From: Lachnospiraceae bacterium
GTDB taxonomy: Bacteria > Bacillota > Clostridia > Lachnospirales > Lachnospiraceae
Direction: 5' to 3'
Assembly (NCBI GenBank): GCA_029225065.1
Contig: JAQXVT010000050.1
Coordinates: 3,359-67,358 of the forward strand
DNA: 64,000 nucleotides
Shown: positions 20,755-31,274 of the stretch, in pieces
Position numbering within the stretch: position 1 is the stretch's first letter
Layout: each line of letters opens with the position of its first letter
Position numbers and translations under genes: made by a program
The notes under the pieces: generated by a model
What the model was told of the DNA's origin: nothing
The model's input: the letters and a program-made list of their open reading frames with translations, nothing else
Database searches by the model: none

Positions 20755-21735
20755 ATGTGTACAGCAGCAACGTATCAGTCGAAGGATTTTTATATGGGAA
20801 GAACACTGGACTATGAATTTTCCTACGGGGAGGAGATTGCGGTGATGCCAAGAAATTATCCTCTTTCCTTCCGTTATGATGGAAAACGGGAGCATCACTA
20901 CGCAATGATCGGAATGGCGCATATGGCTGGGCTTCCGCTGTATTATGATGCGGTAAATGAAAAGGGGCTTGGCATGGCCGGGCTGAATTTTGTGGGAAAC
21001 GCAGTTTATCAGGAGCCGAAGGAAGGGTGCCGGAATATAGCTCAGTTTGAATTTATTCCGTGGATTCTTTCGCAGTGTGCGGATCTTGCGGAGGCGAAAG
21101 CACTTTTAAAAGAAATGAATCTCACCGGGACGCCGTACAGTGAACAGCTTCCGGCGGCGCAGCTGCACTGGATTATCGCGGATAAGACGGGAGCAATCAC
21201 GGTGGAGTCGATAGCAGACGGGCTGAAGGTCTACGAGAATCCGGTCGGTGTGCTGACGAACAATCCGCCGTTTGAGACGCAGATGTTTCTGCTCAACAAT
21301 TACATGCATTTGTCGGTAAAGCAGCCGGAAAATCATTTTTCGGAGCAGATTCCGCTGCAGACGTACAGCCGTGGCATGGGTGCTCTGGGGCTGCCGGGAG
21401 ACCTGTCTTCTGCATCCAGATTTGCAAGAGTGGCGTTTACGAAGCTGCATTCTGTGTCCGGTGAGTCGGAGTCGGAGAGTGTCGGTCAGTTTTTTCACAT
21501 CCTCGGATCGGTCGATCAACAGAGGGGCTGCTGCGAGGTAGCGGAAGGAAAGTATGAGATTACAATCTATACGTCCTGTTGGAATGCACAGAGGGGAATT
21601 TATTATTACACGACGTATACGGGACACCAGATCACGGCGGTAGATATGCACCGGGAGGATCTGGATGGTACGGTGGTGGTTTCCTATCCGATGCTGCAGA
21701 AGGAACGGATTTACTGGCAGCAGACAGTCAGATAA
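20755..21735 (+). CDS. bsh: Choloylglycine hydrolase / linear amide C-N (Ntn) hydrolase
   Basis: N-terminal MCT nucleophile, GRTLDY, DAVNEKGL, VLTNNP, LPGDLSSASRF. Confidence 0.9.
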   Translation: MCTAATYQSKDFYMGRTLDYEFSYGEEIAVMPRNYPLSFRYDGKREHHYAMIGMAHMAGLPLYYDAVNEKGLGMAGLNFVGNAVYQEPKEGCRNIAQFEFIPWILSQCADLAEAKALLKEMNLTGTPYSEQLPAAQLHWIIADKTGAITVESIADGLKVYENPVGVLTNNPPFETQMFLLNNYMHLSVKQPENHFSEQIPLQTYSRGMGALGLPGDLSSASRFARVAFTKLHSVSGESESESVGQFFHILGSVDQQRGCCEVAEGKYEITIYTSCWNAQRGIYYYTTYTGHQITAVDMHREDLDGTVVVSYPMLQKERIYWQQTVR

Positions 21736-21751
21736 AAATATGCAATTCCCG

Positions 21752-21794
21752 AAAAAAACATCCCCCGACGGGGCTTCCGTGGGGGATGTTTTTC
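21752..21794 (+). terminator. Intrinsic terminator
   Basis: AAAACATCCCCC / GGGGGATGTTTTT. Confidence 0.85.
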
Positions 21795-21909
21795 TGTTAT
21801 AGTCTTTGACATAAGTTGGTGAATGTGCGCAGTTCGCCATATGGCCGGGCAGAACAATCGAACCCGGAATGCCGGCCTCATAAAAAACGAAAAAGGAGAC
21901 CTTGAAACA

Positions 21910-23433
21910 ATGAAAAAGTCTGTTTTATTTTTTGCTGCATTTGCGGCTGTGTTTGGAATGAATGTCTGTAGTGCTTCCGCATCTACTCTGGTATATGGAA
22001 GCGGCGATTATACGAGAATTAATCCGGCGATGGATGAGCACGGAGAGATCAACATTCTGCTGTTTAACGGTCTGACGGCGCACGACGGAGAAAATCAGAT
22101 CGTTCCGGGACTGGCAAAAAGCTGGGAATTTGACGAGAATACCTGCACCTATACGTTTCATCTCGAGGAGGGCGTGAAGTGGCATGACGGGGAGGATTTT
22201 ACAGCGAACGATGTAAAGTTCACAATCGAGTCGATCATGGATCCGGACAATGGATCAGAGAATGCGCCGAATTATGAGGATGTGGAAAAAATAGAGGTCA
22301 TTGATGACTATACGATCTCATTTCAGCTGGATGCGCCGAATGTAGCATTTCTGGACTACATGACGATGGCAGTCCTGCCGGAGCACCTGCTGGAGGGCGA
22401 GGATATGCAGGAATCGGATTTCTTCCGTCATCCGATCGGTACCGGTCCGTACAAGCTGGCAGAGTGGGATGAGGGACAGGCAATCACGCTGGAGAAAAAT
22501 GAAGATTACTTTAAGGGAGAGCCGAACATTGATGAGGTGATCTTTAAGATTGTCACGGATGACAATGCAAAAGCGATGCAGATGCAGTCCGGCGAGCTTG
22601 ATCTGGCGCTGCTCACACCGAAGGACGCACAGCTCTTTGCAGGTCAGGACGACTATACCTGCTACGATATGAAGACCTCCGATTACCGCGGTATTCTGTT
22701 TAACTTCTGGAATGAGTACTGGACGGAAAATAAAGACATTATCCCGGCAATCTGCTACGGCATTGACCGCGAGGCAATCGTTCAGTCGGTGCTGCTCGGT
22801 GAGGGCATGACGGCGTACGGTCCGCTGCAGCGCAACATTTATAATAATGAAGATGTAGAGCATTATGATTATAATCCGGAAAAGGCAAAAGAAGTGCTGG
22901 AATCCGTGGGATGCACGATGGGCGAGGACGGATTCTATTATCGAAACGGCGAAAAGATCGGTTTTGTGATCAGCGTTGGCGCAGGAGATCAGGTGCGTGT
23001 GGATATCGCGCAGGCCGCAGCACAGCAGCTTAAGGAGATCGGAATCGATGTCAGTGTAGAGGTACCGGCGCAGGTTGACTGGAGCGGACAGATGGCGTAT
23101 CTGATCGGCTGGGGCAGTCCGTTTGACGCAGATGATCATACTTACAAGGTGTTTGGCACTGATAAGGGAGCCAACTACTCCGGTTATTCCAATGCACTGG
23201 TTGATCAGTATCTGACGGAAGCGCGCCAGTCTGATGATCCGGAGGTGCGTGCCGAGGCATATGACAAGTTTCAGGAAGAGCTGGCAAAGGACCCGGCGTT
23301 TGCTTTTATCTGTTACATCGATGCGAATTATGTGGCGAAATCGTCAATCGAAGGTATTTCGGCGGATACCGTTATGGGACATCATGGCGTCGGAATCTTC
23401 TGGAACATTACTGACTGGACGATCGCGGAGTAA
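21910..23433 (+). CDS. Family 5 (Opp/Dpp/Nik) ABC substrate-binding protein
   Basis: VPGLAKSW, YTFHL...KWHDG and PIGTGPY motifs. Start moved to MKKSV. Confidence 0.9.
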   Translation: MKKSVLFFAAFAAVFGMNVCSASASTLVYGSGDYTRINPAMDEHGEINILLFNGLTAHDGENQIVPGLAKSWEFDENTCTYTFHLEEGVKWHDGEDFTANDVKFTIESIMDPDNGSENAPNYEDVEKIEVIDDYTISFQLDAPNVAFLDYMTMAVLPEHLLEGEDMQESDFFRHPIGTGPYKLAEWDEGQAITLEKNEDYFKGEPNIDEVIFKIVTDDNAKAMQMQSGELDLALLTPKDAQLFAGQDDYTCYDMKTSDYRGILFNFWNEYWTENKDIIPAICYGIDREAIVQSVLLGEGMTAYGPLQRNIYNNEDVEHYDYNPEKAKEVLESVGCTMGEDGFYYRNGEKIGFVISVGAGDQVRVDIAQAAAQQLKEIGIDVSVEVPAQVDWSGQMAYLIGWGSPFDADDHTYKVFGTDKGANYSGYSNALVDQYLTEARQSDDPEVRAEAYDKFQEELAKDPAFAFICYIDANYVAKSSIEGISADTVMGHHGVGIFWNITDWTIAE

Positions 23434-23469
23434 GAAGCGAAAGCGGATTGCGAATATCCGCTTTACAAA

Positions 23470-25446
23470 ATGGGAACAGAAAATAGAAAGAACAGTATGG
23501 ACGAATTATTGAAAGTAGAGCATCTGGCGGTAAGCTTTCAGACAGATGCAGGGGAACTGGAAGCAGTGCGGGACGTAAGCTTTTCCCTGCGTCCCGGAGA
23601 GGTGCTGGCGCTTGTCGGTGAATCGGGCTGTGGAAAGAGCGTTCTGTGTAAGTCAATTATGAGGCTGCTGCCGGAAAAAGCAAGAATAAAAAGCGGGAGT
23701 ATCCGTATCAATGATACGGATATTTCTGCGTATAAGGAAAAAGAAATGCAAAAGCTGCGAGGACGGCTGTTTGCAATGGTATTTCAGGATCCGATGACCT
23801 CCCTGAACCCGACTATGACGATTGGAGCGCAGATTGCGGAGGCGGTTCTGGTGCATCAGCCAAAACTGAAAAAAGAAGCGGTACAGAAGCGTGTGATAGA
23901 GCTGATGGAGCTGGTAGGAATTGATCGCGCCAGGGAGCGGGCAAAGCTGTATCCGTGGAATTTTTCAGGTGGAATGCGGCAGCGCAGTGTGCTGGCAATC
24001 GCGCTTGCATCGAATCCGGAGATCCTGATTGCGGACGAGCCGACGACAGCGCTTGACGTGACGATCCAGGCGCAGATTTTAGATCTCTTAAAGGAGATTC
24101 AGCAGCGTCTTGGCACGGCGACAATCCTTGTGTCACACGACCTTGGTGTGGTGGCGCGCGTGGCGGACCGGGTGGCAGTGATGTATGCGGGAAAAATCTG
24201 TGAAATTGGCACCGCGGAAGAAATCTATTACGATCCGAAGCATCCATACACAAAAGGGCTTTTGCGGTCGCTTCCGGCACTCTCGCGCGGAAAAGAGACG
24301 CTGCATACACTTTCAGGGATGCCGCCGTCGCTTGTCCGTCCGCCAAAAGGTGACGCATTTGCGTGCCGCAATGAATCTGCACTTGCGATTGATTATGAGC
24401 AGCAGCCTCCGATGTTTCGGGTATCGGATACCCATTATGCGGCGACGTGGCTGCTCGATGAACGGGCGGCAAAGGTGCGGCAGGAGCTGGAGAGGCGTGA
24501 GCAGGCAGAGTCAATGCCGAAGGAAAAAGAAGAAAAAATTCAGAAGATAGACGGTGAAAATACCTTCTCCGACCTCCTCCTTGATGTTCGTCATCTTACG
24601 CAGGTATTCCCGCTGACGAAAAAACTGGCGGTGCGCGCTGTGGATGATGTTTCCTTTCAGATCAGAAAGGGCGAGATCTTTGGTCTGGTCGGAGAGTCAG
24701 GTTCAGGAAAATCAACGGTTGCACGCTGTGTCATGAATATTTACCGCCCATCCGGAGGGCAGATTATTTATCATGGAATTGACACAGGAGACCGCATAGC
24801 AGTGCGGAAAAATCGTGCACTCCTGCAGCAGGAGCGTCAGATGATCTTTCAGGACTCTGCGTCAAGCCTGAACCAGCGAATGAAGGTGGCGGATATTGTG
24901 ATGGAGCCGATGAAGCTGGCGCATCGCAGACCGCCGCGTGGCTCTTACCGGGCAGAGGCGGCATATCAGCTGAAATATGTCGGACTGGATGAAGCCTGTC
25001 TCGATAAGTATCCGTCTGAGCTTTCCGGCGGGCAGCGCCAGCGCGTGGCGATCGCACGTGCCGTCAGCATGGAGCCGGAGCTTCTGGTGGCGGATGAGCC
25101 GATCGCTTCTTTGGATGTGTCAATTCAGGCGCAGATTGTCAATCTCTTCCGTCATCTGCAAAGAGAGCATGGCTTTTCGATCCTCTTTATCGCTCATGAC
25201 CTGGCAATGGTAGAGTTCCTCTGCGATCGTGTCGGCGTGATGTACCACGGGCGTCTGATCGAGGTTGCGCCGTGCCGTGAGCTGTATCGGAATCCATTGC
25301 ATCCGTATACGCAGGCACTGCTTTCTGCGATTCCGCTTCCGGATCCAAAGCGCGAGCGTGAGCGGAAAATGACGGAATTTGCGCAGAAATATGAGACAGC
25401 AGGCGTGATGGTGGAAGCGTCCGCCGGGCACTTTGTACTGCGGTAA
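23470..25446 (+). CDS. Fused DppD/DppF-type ABC ATP-binding protein
   Basis: Two nucleotide-binding domains (GESGCGKS, FSGGMRQR; GESGSGKS, LSGGQRQR) with HPYT tails. Confidence 0.95.
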   Translation: MGTENRKNSMDELLKVEHLAVSFQTDAGELEAVRDVSFSLRPGEVLALVGESGCGKSVLCKSIMRLLPEKARIKSGSIRINDTDISAYKEKEMQKLRGRLFAMVFQDPMTSLNPTMTIGAQIAEAVLVHQPKLKKEAVQKRVIELMELVGIDRARERAKLYPWNFSGGMRQRSVLAIALASNPEILIADEPTTALDVTIQAQILDLLKEIQQRLGTATILVSHDLGVVARVADRVAVMYAGKICEIGTAEEIYYDPKHPYTKGLLRSLPALSRGKETLHTLSGMPPSLVRPPKGDAFACRNESALAIDYEQQPPMFRVSDTHYAATWLLDERAAKVRQELERREQAESMPKEKEEKIQKIDGENTFSDLLLDVRHLTQVFPLTKKLAVRAVDDVSFQIRKGEIFGLVGESGSGKSTVARCVMNIYRPSGGQIIYHGIDTGDRIAVRKNRALLQQERQMIFQDSASSLNQRMKVADIVMEPMKLAHRRPPRGSYRAEAAYQLKYVGLDEACLDKYPSELSGGQRQRVAIARAVSMEPELLVADEPIASLDVSIQAQIVNLFRHLQREHGFSILFIAHDLAMVEFLCDRVGVMYHGRLIEVAPCRELYRNPLHPYTQALLSAIPLPDPKRERERKMTEFAQKYETAGVMVEASAGHFVLR

Positions 25447-25603
25447 AAATCAGAGCGTGTTTGAGCACAGATAAGTTCTCGTCCTTATTTGGATAAAATT
25501 GTGACGCATATTTTGCAGAAAGGATGTCGTCAACCATGCATTCCTGACAGAAACGAATCAGAAAAATTTTCGTTGAATCAAATGCCTGGCGACAGTCAGA
25601 TAT

Positions 25604-26608
25604 ATGAAAAAAAACAAAGTATGGTACGTAACGAAAAAGCTCCTGATCTTTGTGGTCAGCCTGCTGCTTTTGTCGGTTATTACCTTTTACATTTCAAGGC
25701 TTGCGCCGGGTGATCCGCTGGTATCGTATTACGGCGACCGGGTGGAAAAAATGAGCACGCAGGAGCGGAACTGGGCAGAAGAGAAGCTTGGGCTGCATGA
25801 GCCGATCACGGTTCAGTATGTCCGCTGGCTTGGCAATGCATTGCATGGAGAGTTCGGAATTTCCTATAAATATAAAACAGACGTGCTGGAAGTAATCGCA
25901 GGCAGAATCGGGAACACACTGATTCTGGGCGGTGTCGGTTTTATTCTTATTTTTGTGCTGGCACTGCTGCTGGGCGTCTGGTGTGCGTGGTACGAAGACC
26001 GCCTGCCGGACCGGATTGTCTGCCGCATCGGAACTGTGACGAGCTGCATCCCGGAATTTTGGATGTCGCTGCTGTTTATTCTGGTTTTTTCGGTACAGCT
26101 TCGCCTGCTGCCAAGCAGCGGTGCATACAGCATCGGAAAAAGCAATGATATCCTGGATCGGATCCGGCATCTGATTCTGCCAATCACGATCGTGGTACTG
26201 GGGCATCTGTGGTATTACGCATATATGGTTCGCAACAAGCTGCTTGAGGAGGTGCGCTCAGATTATGTCCTGCTTGCAAAATCAAAGGGGCTTGGAAAGA
26301 AAAAAATTCTGTTCGGTCATTGCCTGCGGAATATCCTGCCGTCGTATCTGAGTATCATGGCAATCTCCGTGCCGCACGTGCTCGGCGGCACATATATCAT
26401 TGAGACGGTATTTTCGTATCCGGGCATCGGTACACTCTCCTATGAAAGCGCACGTTATAAGGATTACAACCTGCTTATGGTGCTGTGTATTCTCTCCGGA
26501 GCGATCGTCATCCTCTGCAATATGATTGCACAGGCCATCAATGAGCAGATCGATCCAAGAATCCGGGCAAACGAGATGACAGAAGAATCGGAGGTGGTGA
26601 AGCAATGA
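25604..26608 (+). CDS. DppB/OppB-type permease
   Basis: APGDP, QYVRWL, YVLLAKSKGL, ETVFSYPGIG. Confidence 0.93.
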   Translation: MKKNKVWYVTKKLLIFVVSLLLLSVITFYISRLAPGDPLVSYYGDRVEKMSTQERNWAEEKLGLHEPITVQYVRWLGNALHGEFGISYKYKTDVLEVIAGRIGNTLILGGVGFILIFVLALLLGVWCAWYEDRLPDRIVCRIGTVTSCIPEFWMSLLFILVFSVQLRLLPSSGAYSIGKSNDILDRIRHLILPITIVVLGHLWYYAYMVRNKLLEEVRSDYVLLAKSKGLGKKKILFGHCLRNILPSYLSIMAISVPHVLGGTYIIETVFSYPGIGTLSYESARYKDYNLLMVLCILSGAIVILCNMIAQAINEQIDPRIRANEMTEESEVVKQ

Positions 26609-27639
26609 GATTTTTGAGACATCACCTGTATGACGGCGGAGGAGAGCCGGAAGACGATCTTTTTGAAAGGAACCGAAAAGAAGCTTTTGAAAATGCAAAG
26701 ATAGAGATTAATGAAAAATCACGGGAATCAGGGGAAGCACTCAAAAAAGAGGAACACAACGATGCGTTCCGGATCGTCGGCATTCAGCCAGATACGACGG
26801 CTTTGGCGCCTCTGAAAAAGAAGTGGTACAAAGACAAGCCGATACTTTCGATGGTGTTCCTTGCACTGGTCATCGGCGGCTGTCTGTGCTGTGATCTGAT
26901 CATGACAAAAAATCCGACCTATATGGATCTGATGAATTACAATCGTGCGCCGGATCGGGAGTTTTTATTTGGTACAGATACAATGGGGCGGGATATCTTC
27001 TCAATGATCTGGTATGGAGGACGTATTTCACTGTTTATCGGACTGTTTTCTACACTGATTTCGACCGTAATTGCGGTCGTATTCGGCGGGATCAGCGGCA
27101 TTGCACCGCAGTGGCTGGATACGCTGCTTATGCGGCTGACCGAAATTCTTCTGAGCATCCCAAATCTGCTGCTTGTAATTTTGCTGCAGGCCATCCTTGG
27201 GACAGCAAACGTAGTGACAATCTCGATTGTGATCGGTGTGACGAGCTGGCCGAGCATTGCAAAGGTCGTGCGCACCGAAGTGCGCCAGATCAGAAGCAGC
27301 GAGTACGTGATTGCATCGAGATGCATGGGCGGCGGATTTTTCCACCTGCTGTGGCATCATCTGGCTCCGAATTTCGTCTCCTCAATCATGTTTATGGTTG
27401 TGATGAATATCCGCAGCGCAATCGTATCCGAATCCACGTTGAGCTTCATGGGAATCGGTCTTCCGCTGGAAATTATTTCCTGGGGAAGTATGCTTTCTCT
27501 TTCCGAAAAAGCGCTTCTGACCGGCTCGTGGTGGATCATCCTGATTCCGGGTGTATTTTTGGTAGTTACATTGCTGTGCATGACAGAGGTAGGAAATTAT
27601 CTGAGAAGACAGGTGAATCAGAAAGAACGGAATCTGTGA
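26605..27639 (+). CDS. DppC/OppC-type permease with charged N-terminal extension
   Basis: FGTDTMGRD, WPSIAKVVR, ESTLSFMGIG. Confidence 0.93.
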   Translation: MRFLRHHLYDGGGEPEDDLFERNRKEAFENAKIEINEKSRESGEALKKEEHNDAFRIVGIQPDTTALAPLKKKWYKDKPILSMVFLALVIGGCLCCDLIMTKNPTYMDLMNYNRAPDREFLFGTDTMGRDIFSMIWYGGRISLFIGLFSTLISTVIAVVFGGISGIAPQWLDTLLMRLTEILLSIPNLLLVILLQAILGTANVVTISIVIGVTSWPSIAKVVRTEVRQIRSSEYVIASRCMGGGFFHLLWHHLAPNFVSSIMFMVVMNIRSAIVSESTLSFMGIGLPLEIISWGSMLSLSEKALLTGSWWIILIPGVFLVVTLLCMTEVGNYLRRQVNQKERNL

Positions 27640-27702
27640 AAATTTGTGCAGCGGAGATTCGCAATCCGCTATGCTGCCTGCAGGATTATAAGAAATAAGC
27701 TG

Positions 27703-27814
27703 ATAAGGGGATCGGCCCATAAGGGGATCGGCTCATAAGGGATCAGCCCATAAGGGGATCGGCCCATAAGGGATCGGCCCATAAGGGATCCTCCCGCAAG
27801 CGGGCCCCTCCTTA
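27703..27814. repeat. Six tandem 15-16-bp repeats (ATAAGGG(G)ATCGGCCC) plus a terminal hairpin
   Basis: Units at 27703, 27719, 27735, 27750, 27766 and 27781, then a CCCGC-AA-GCGGG stem closed by ATAAGG/CCTTAT. Confidence 0.9.
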
Positions 27815-27819
27815 TGGGA

Positions 27820-28575
27820 TTAGATATTATACTCGTAGTCATCGCGCAGTACCCGGTGCAGGAACTGCGAGGTCCGCTCTTCTTTTGGGCGGGTGAAGAT
27901 CTCGCGGGGAGAGCCTTCCTCTACGACGACCCCTCCGTCCATGAAAATGACGCGGCTGGCTACCTGCTGGGCGAAGGTCATTTCATGGGTGACAACGATC
28001 ATGGTCGCACCCTCACGTGCGAGATTTTTCATAACATTTAAAACCTCACCGACCAGCTCCGGGTCAAGTGCGGAGGTCGGCTCGTCAAAGAGCAGGACAT
28101 CCGGGTTTACTGCGATGGCTCTTGCAATACCAACGCGCTGCTGCTGACCACCGGAGAGCTGGGAGGGATAGTAGTCATAACGCTCCGATAAGCCAACCTT
28201 ATCGAGCGTTTTTTTTGCGATTATTTCGGCCTCTTTTTTCGGAACCTTGCGTGCAATGACAAGCCCCTCCATCACGTTCTCAAGAGCTGTTTTATTCTGG
28301 AACAGGCTGTAGTTCTGAAATACGAAGGCTGTTTTTTTGCGGACCTGATTGACGGTGGATTTTGACGCTGTTTTCAGGTCTGTGTGAATCTCATCAAAAT
28401 CCATGGTGCCCTGATCTGCGCGCTCCAGAAAGTTCAGGCAGCGCAGCAGCGTCGTTTTTCCTGAGCCGCTCGGACCGAGGATGACGATGATATCTCCTTT
28501 TTCTACCTTGAGATCAACGCCGCGCAGCACGTGGTTGGCGCCGAAGGATTTTTGCACATTTTTGACTTCAAGCAT
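27820..28575 (-). CDS. Polar amino-acid ABC ATPase (TcyN/GlnQ type)
   Basis: [26 protein letters not shown]. Confidence 0.95.
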   Translation of the reverse strand: MLEVKNVQKSFGANHVLRGVDLKVEKGDIIVILGPSGSGKTTLLRCLNFLERADQGTMDFDEIHTDLKTASKSTVNQVRKKTAFVFQNYSLFQNKTALENVMEGLVIARKVPKKEAEIIAKKTLDKVGLSERYDYYPSQLSGGQQQRVGIARAIAVNPDVLLFDEPTSALDPELVGEVLNVMKNLAREGATMIVVTHEMTFAQQVASRVIFMDGGVVVEEGSPREIFTRPKEERTSQFLHRVLRDDYEYNI

Positions 28576-28657
28576 AAGAAACCTCCCTGTGAGTGAAAGC
28601 AGATTTCGATATCCGCTTTATTCAGATTTTGCGGTGTGCCGGATCTGATGGCCTGTG

Positions 28658-29425
28658 TTATCTGGCGGATGCCATATGACGGCGATATGCAGATGCGGCA
28701 TTTTTTTCGTGCCTCTGAGCGGCAGTATTTTTATAAGAAGAAAGCGCGTGCTCCAGAAGGTGAAAAAGGAGCTGCACAAGTGAGCACAGCAGGATGTAAA
28801 CGAAAAAGATCACAAGATACGCTTCCAGGTAATTGTAACCGAATGATGCGTCGATTTTTGCGATCGCGGTGACATCCTTTACGGTCATCATAAATGCGAG
28901 TGACGTGCTTTTCAGAAGATTCACAGAAGCGTTGCACAGATTCGGCAGTGCTGCGGTGAGCGCCTGCGGAAGAATGATGCGCACGTAAGCCTGACGGGCG
29001 TTTAAGCCGATGGAAAGTGCTGCTTCCAGCTGTCCGGCCGGGACAGTGGAGAGTGCCGATCGGAAGACCTCGGAGAGGACTGCCGTTGTATTGAGGGTGA
29101 AAACGATGTAAGCGTAGATGATCGGATCGGTGCGGAAAATATTGAACGAGAGTCCGAGCACATTTCGGATGATATAATTTAATGTGGTCGGGAGCAGGCT
29201 GTAGAGAAAAAGAATCTGCAGAACGACCGGCGTTCCACGGATGAACGAAACATAAACGGTGATGATTCTGCGGGCAATTCCCCAGCCGGAGGATTTGGAC
29301 AGTGCCATAAAAAATCCGATCGGGGAGGAGAGCAGAAGCGTGATGATGGTAAGCTTCAGCGTAGTAGGAATTCCGTGAAGTACATCAAGAAAGGTTGTCC
29401 ACATAAAAGCGGTATCTAACTGCAT
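28658..29425 (-). CDS. Polar amino-acid ABC permease
   Basis: FIRGTP, GQLEAALSIGL, LLKSTSLAF. Confidence 0.92.
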   Translation of the reverse strand: MQLDTAFMWTTFLDVLHGIPTTLKLTIITLLLSSPIGFFMALSKSSGWGIARRIITVYVSFIRGTPVVLQILFLYSLLPTTLNYIIRNVLGLSFNIFRTDPIIYAYIVFTLNTTAVLSEVFRSALSTVPAGQLEAALSIGLNARQAYVRIILPQALTAALPNLCNASVNLLKSTSLAFMMTVKDVTAIAKIDASFGYNYLEAYLVIFFVYILLCSLVQLLFHLLEHALSSYKNTAAQRHEKNAASAYRRHMASAR

Positions 29426-30138
29426 TTTCTCACCTCCGTATACACCTGGCCGTTTCGGCCTCTGGAAAGCTGCAGCTCAAGCGCGCCGAAGCCTTTTTCT
29501 ACCAGAATGGTCAGCGCCCAGTACAGAAGGAAGAGTGCAAGATAGACCTCCAGACTGTAGGAGCCCTGATTTTGACCAATGATCAGCTGTCCCTTACCCA
29601 TGATGTCGATCAGTCCGATCGTGTAGGCAAGAGAGCCTTCCTTCATAAGGCTGATCAGAGAGTTGGTAAAATTTGGAATCACGACGCGTATGCACTGTGG
29701 GAGCACGATCCGCCGAAACGCCTGAAACTCTGTCAGTCCGATGCTGACGGCCGCCTCGCGCTGCCCTTTGTCGATCGCTTCATAGGCGGAGCGGAAGCCC
29801 TCGGCCATATTTGCGGAGAAAAGAATGGAAAACGTCGTGATCACGAAAAAGCCCTTGCTTGCGTCATTGATATTGATGCCGAACCACAGAAGAAACTCCG
29901 GCAGACCGTAGTAGACGATGAAAAGAAGTACGATCGACGGAACACAGCGTGTAAGATAGATGTAAAGGTTGGCCAGAGCTGCGCCGACCTTTCTTTTCCG
30001 GATTTTTGCGGCTGCTAAAAGCAGTCCGAACAGACTTCCGAAAAATACTGTGCCGATCACCATTTCTGCGGTGACAAGAAGATATGGTATGAGCTGCGGC
30101 AGCACCTCAAGAATGTAGGCCGGATGAAACGGACGCAT
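29416..30138 (-). CDS. Polar amino-acid ABC permease
   Basis: GQREAAVSIGL, KEGSLAYTIG. Start moved to MRPFHP. Confidence 0.92.
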   Translation of the reverse strand: MRPFHPAYILEVLPQLIPYLLVTAEMVIGTVFFGSLFGLLLAAAKIRKRKVGAALANLYIYLTRCVPSIVLLFIVYYGLPEFLLWFGININDASKGFFVITTFSILFSANMAEGFRSAYEAIDKGQREAAVSIGLTEFQAFRRIVLPQCIRVVIPNFTNSLISLMKEGSLAYTIGLIDIMGKGQLIIGQNQGSYSLEVYLALFLLYWALTILVEKGFGALELQLSRGRNGQVYTEVRKCS

Positions 30139-30325
30139 AATCGGCCCTCCCTTCGAAATTGAGCCAGATGACGGGAAACCCGCCATCTGACGATGTGAAA
30201 TATCATAATCCTGCAATCTTATAAGGAATCCTGTGTCAATGGGAGGATGTCTTATGGGCTGCCTGTTTTATTCTGTCAAAGAGGATATTCGCAGCCTCGC
30301 AGGTGACTTGCTTGACTCGGTTTAA

Positions 30326-31195
30326 TTACAGCTCGTCGCCGATCTGGTAACCCTCCGGTACGTAGTCAAACAGGCTGTATCCGAAATATTCCTGCTGCAG
30401 TTTTTCCAGAGTACCGTCTGCTTCCAGCTGTTCCCATGCCTGGTCGTAAGCGTCTGCCAGTTCCTGGTTGCTGCTGTTGAAAAGCGGCCAGGTCGGGATG
30501 CCCTCATACGTTACGTAGCTTAACTGATCTGCGTACTGGTGATATTCACCGTCCTCTGATTCAACGTTTGCCTCAAAGGATGTCTTGATGTTGAAATATG
30601 CATCATAGCGGCCCTCCAGCACCCACTGATAAGCGTCGGCCGCCTCAAACTGGTCGCCGGCAATCAGGTCGATCGGCTTGTCCGGATGATTTTTGTTGTA
30701 ATTGTCAACGATCGCGTACTGTGCATTCTGTGCGCCGATCGGGACAAGGCTGCCACTGTAGTCGGCAAAGGATTCGAGGTCAGTAATCTTGTCCGCATCC
30801 TCACTGCGGATCACGATACCGATAATGCTGGTGCCGATGTAATGCTGCGGAAATACAAATTTATCCGCGCGGGCCTCGGTCCACCAGACACCTTTTGTGC
30901 CGACATCGTATTTGCCGGATTCCACGCCGATGAGCAGGTCATCATCTGTCGTGCCGACGTATTCAAATTCATACTGATCGAGCAGTTCATCCACTGCTTT
31001 AAGTACAGCAACCTCGTAGCCGTCGGATTCCCCGTTTTCATTGATAAAATCATAAGGCTTGTAGGCCTGGGTATGGGCAACGGTCACCTTTGTGACACCA
31101 TCCTCTGCGGCAAAAGCGGCCGGAGCGAGAATGGAAGATGCGAAAACAGAGAGAGAAGCGAGAAATGCAAGCTTGCGAAATGATGTATGAGTCAT
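30326..31195 (-). CDS. Amino-acid ABC substrate-binding protein, TcyJ/TcyK/YxeM-like (cystine or sulfur-amino-acid class, tentative)
   Basis: Family 3 SBP motifs (KPYDF, DGYEVAVLKAV, GVESGKYDVG). Specificity is inferred from resemblance only. Confidence 0.8.
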   Translation of the reverse strand: MTHTSFRKLAFLASLSVFASSILAPAAFAAEDGVTKVTVAHTQAYKPYDFINENGESDGYEVAVLKAVDELLDQYEFEYVGTTDDDLLIGVESGKYDVGTKGVWWTEARADKFVFPQHYIGTSIIGIVIRSEDADKITDLESFADYSGSLVPIGAQNAQYAIVDNYNKNHPDKPIDLIAGDQFEAADAYQWVLEGRYDAYFNIKTSFEANVESEDGEYHQYADQLSYVTYEGIPTWPLFNSSNQELADAYDQAWEQLEADGTLEKLQQEYFGYSLFDYVPEGYQIGDEL

Positions 31196-31274
31196 GATAA
31201 AAGTCCTCCTTATTTATAAGTATGTACCTGAAATTTTTTATAAATGAGTCACTCTGACCGGAGCTGCCGGTAAA

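Noticed and set aside
21796-21909. Cobalamin or NiCo riboswitch upstream of the dpp-like operon
   Set aside because: GGCCGG/CCGGCC pairing is possible, but the region is short and lacks the conserved core motifs.
27703-27795. CRISPR array
   Set aside because: Units are contiguous, 15-16 bp, with no unique spacers and no cas genes.
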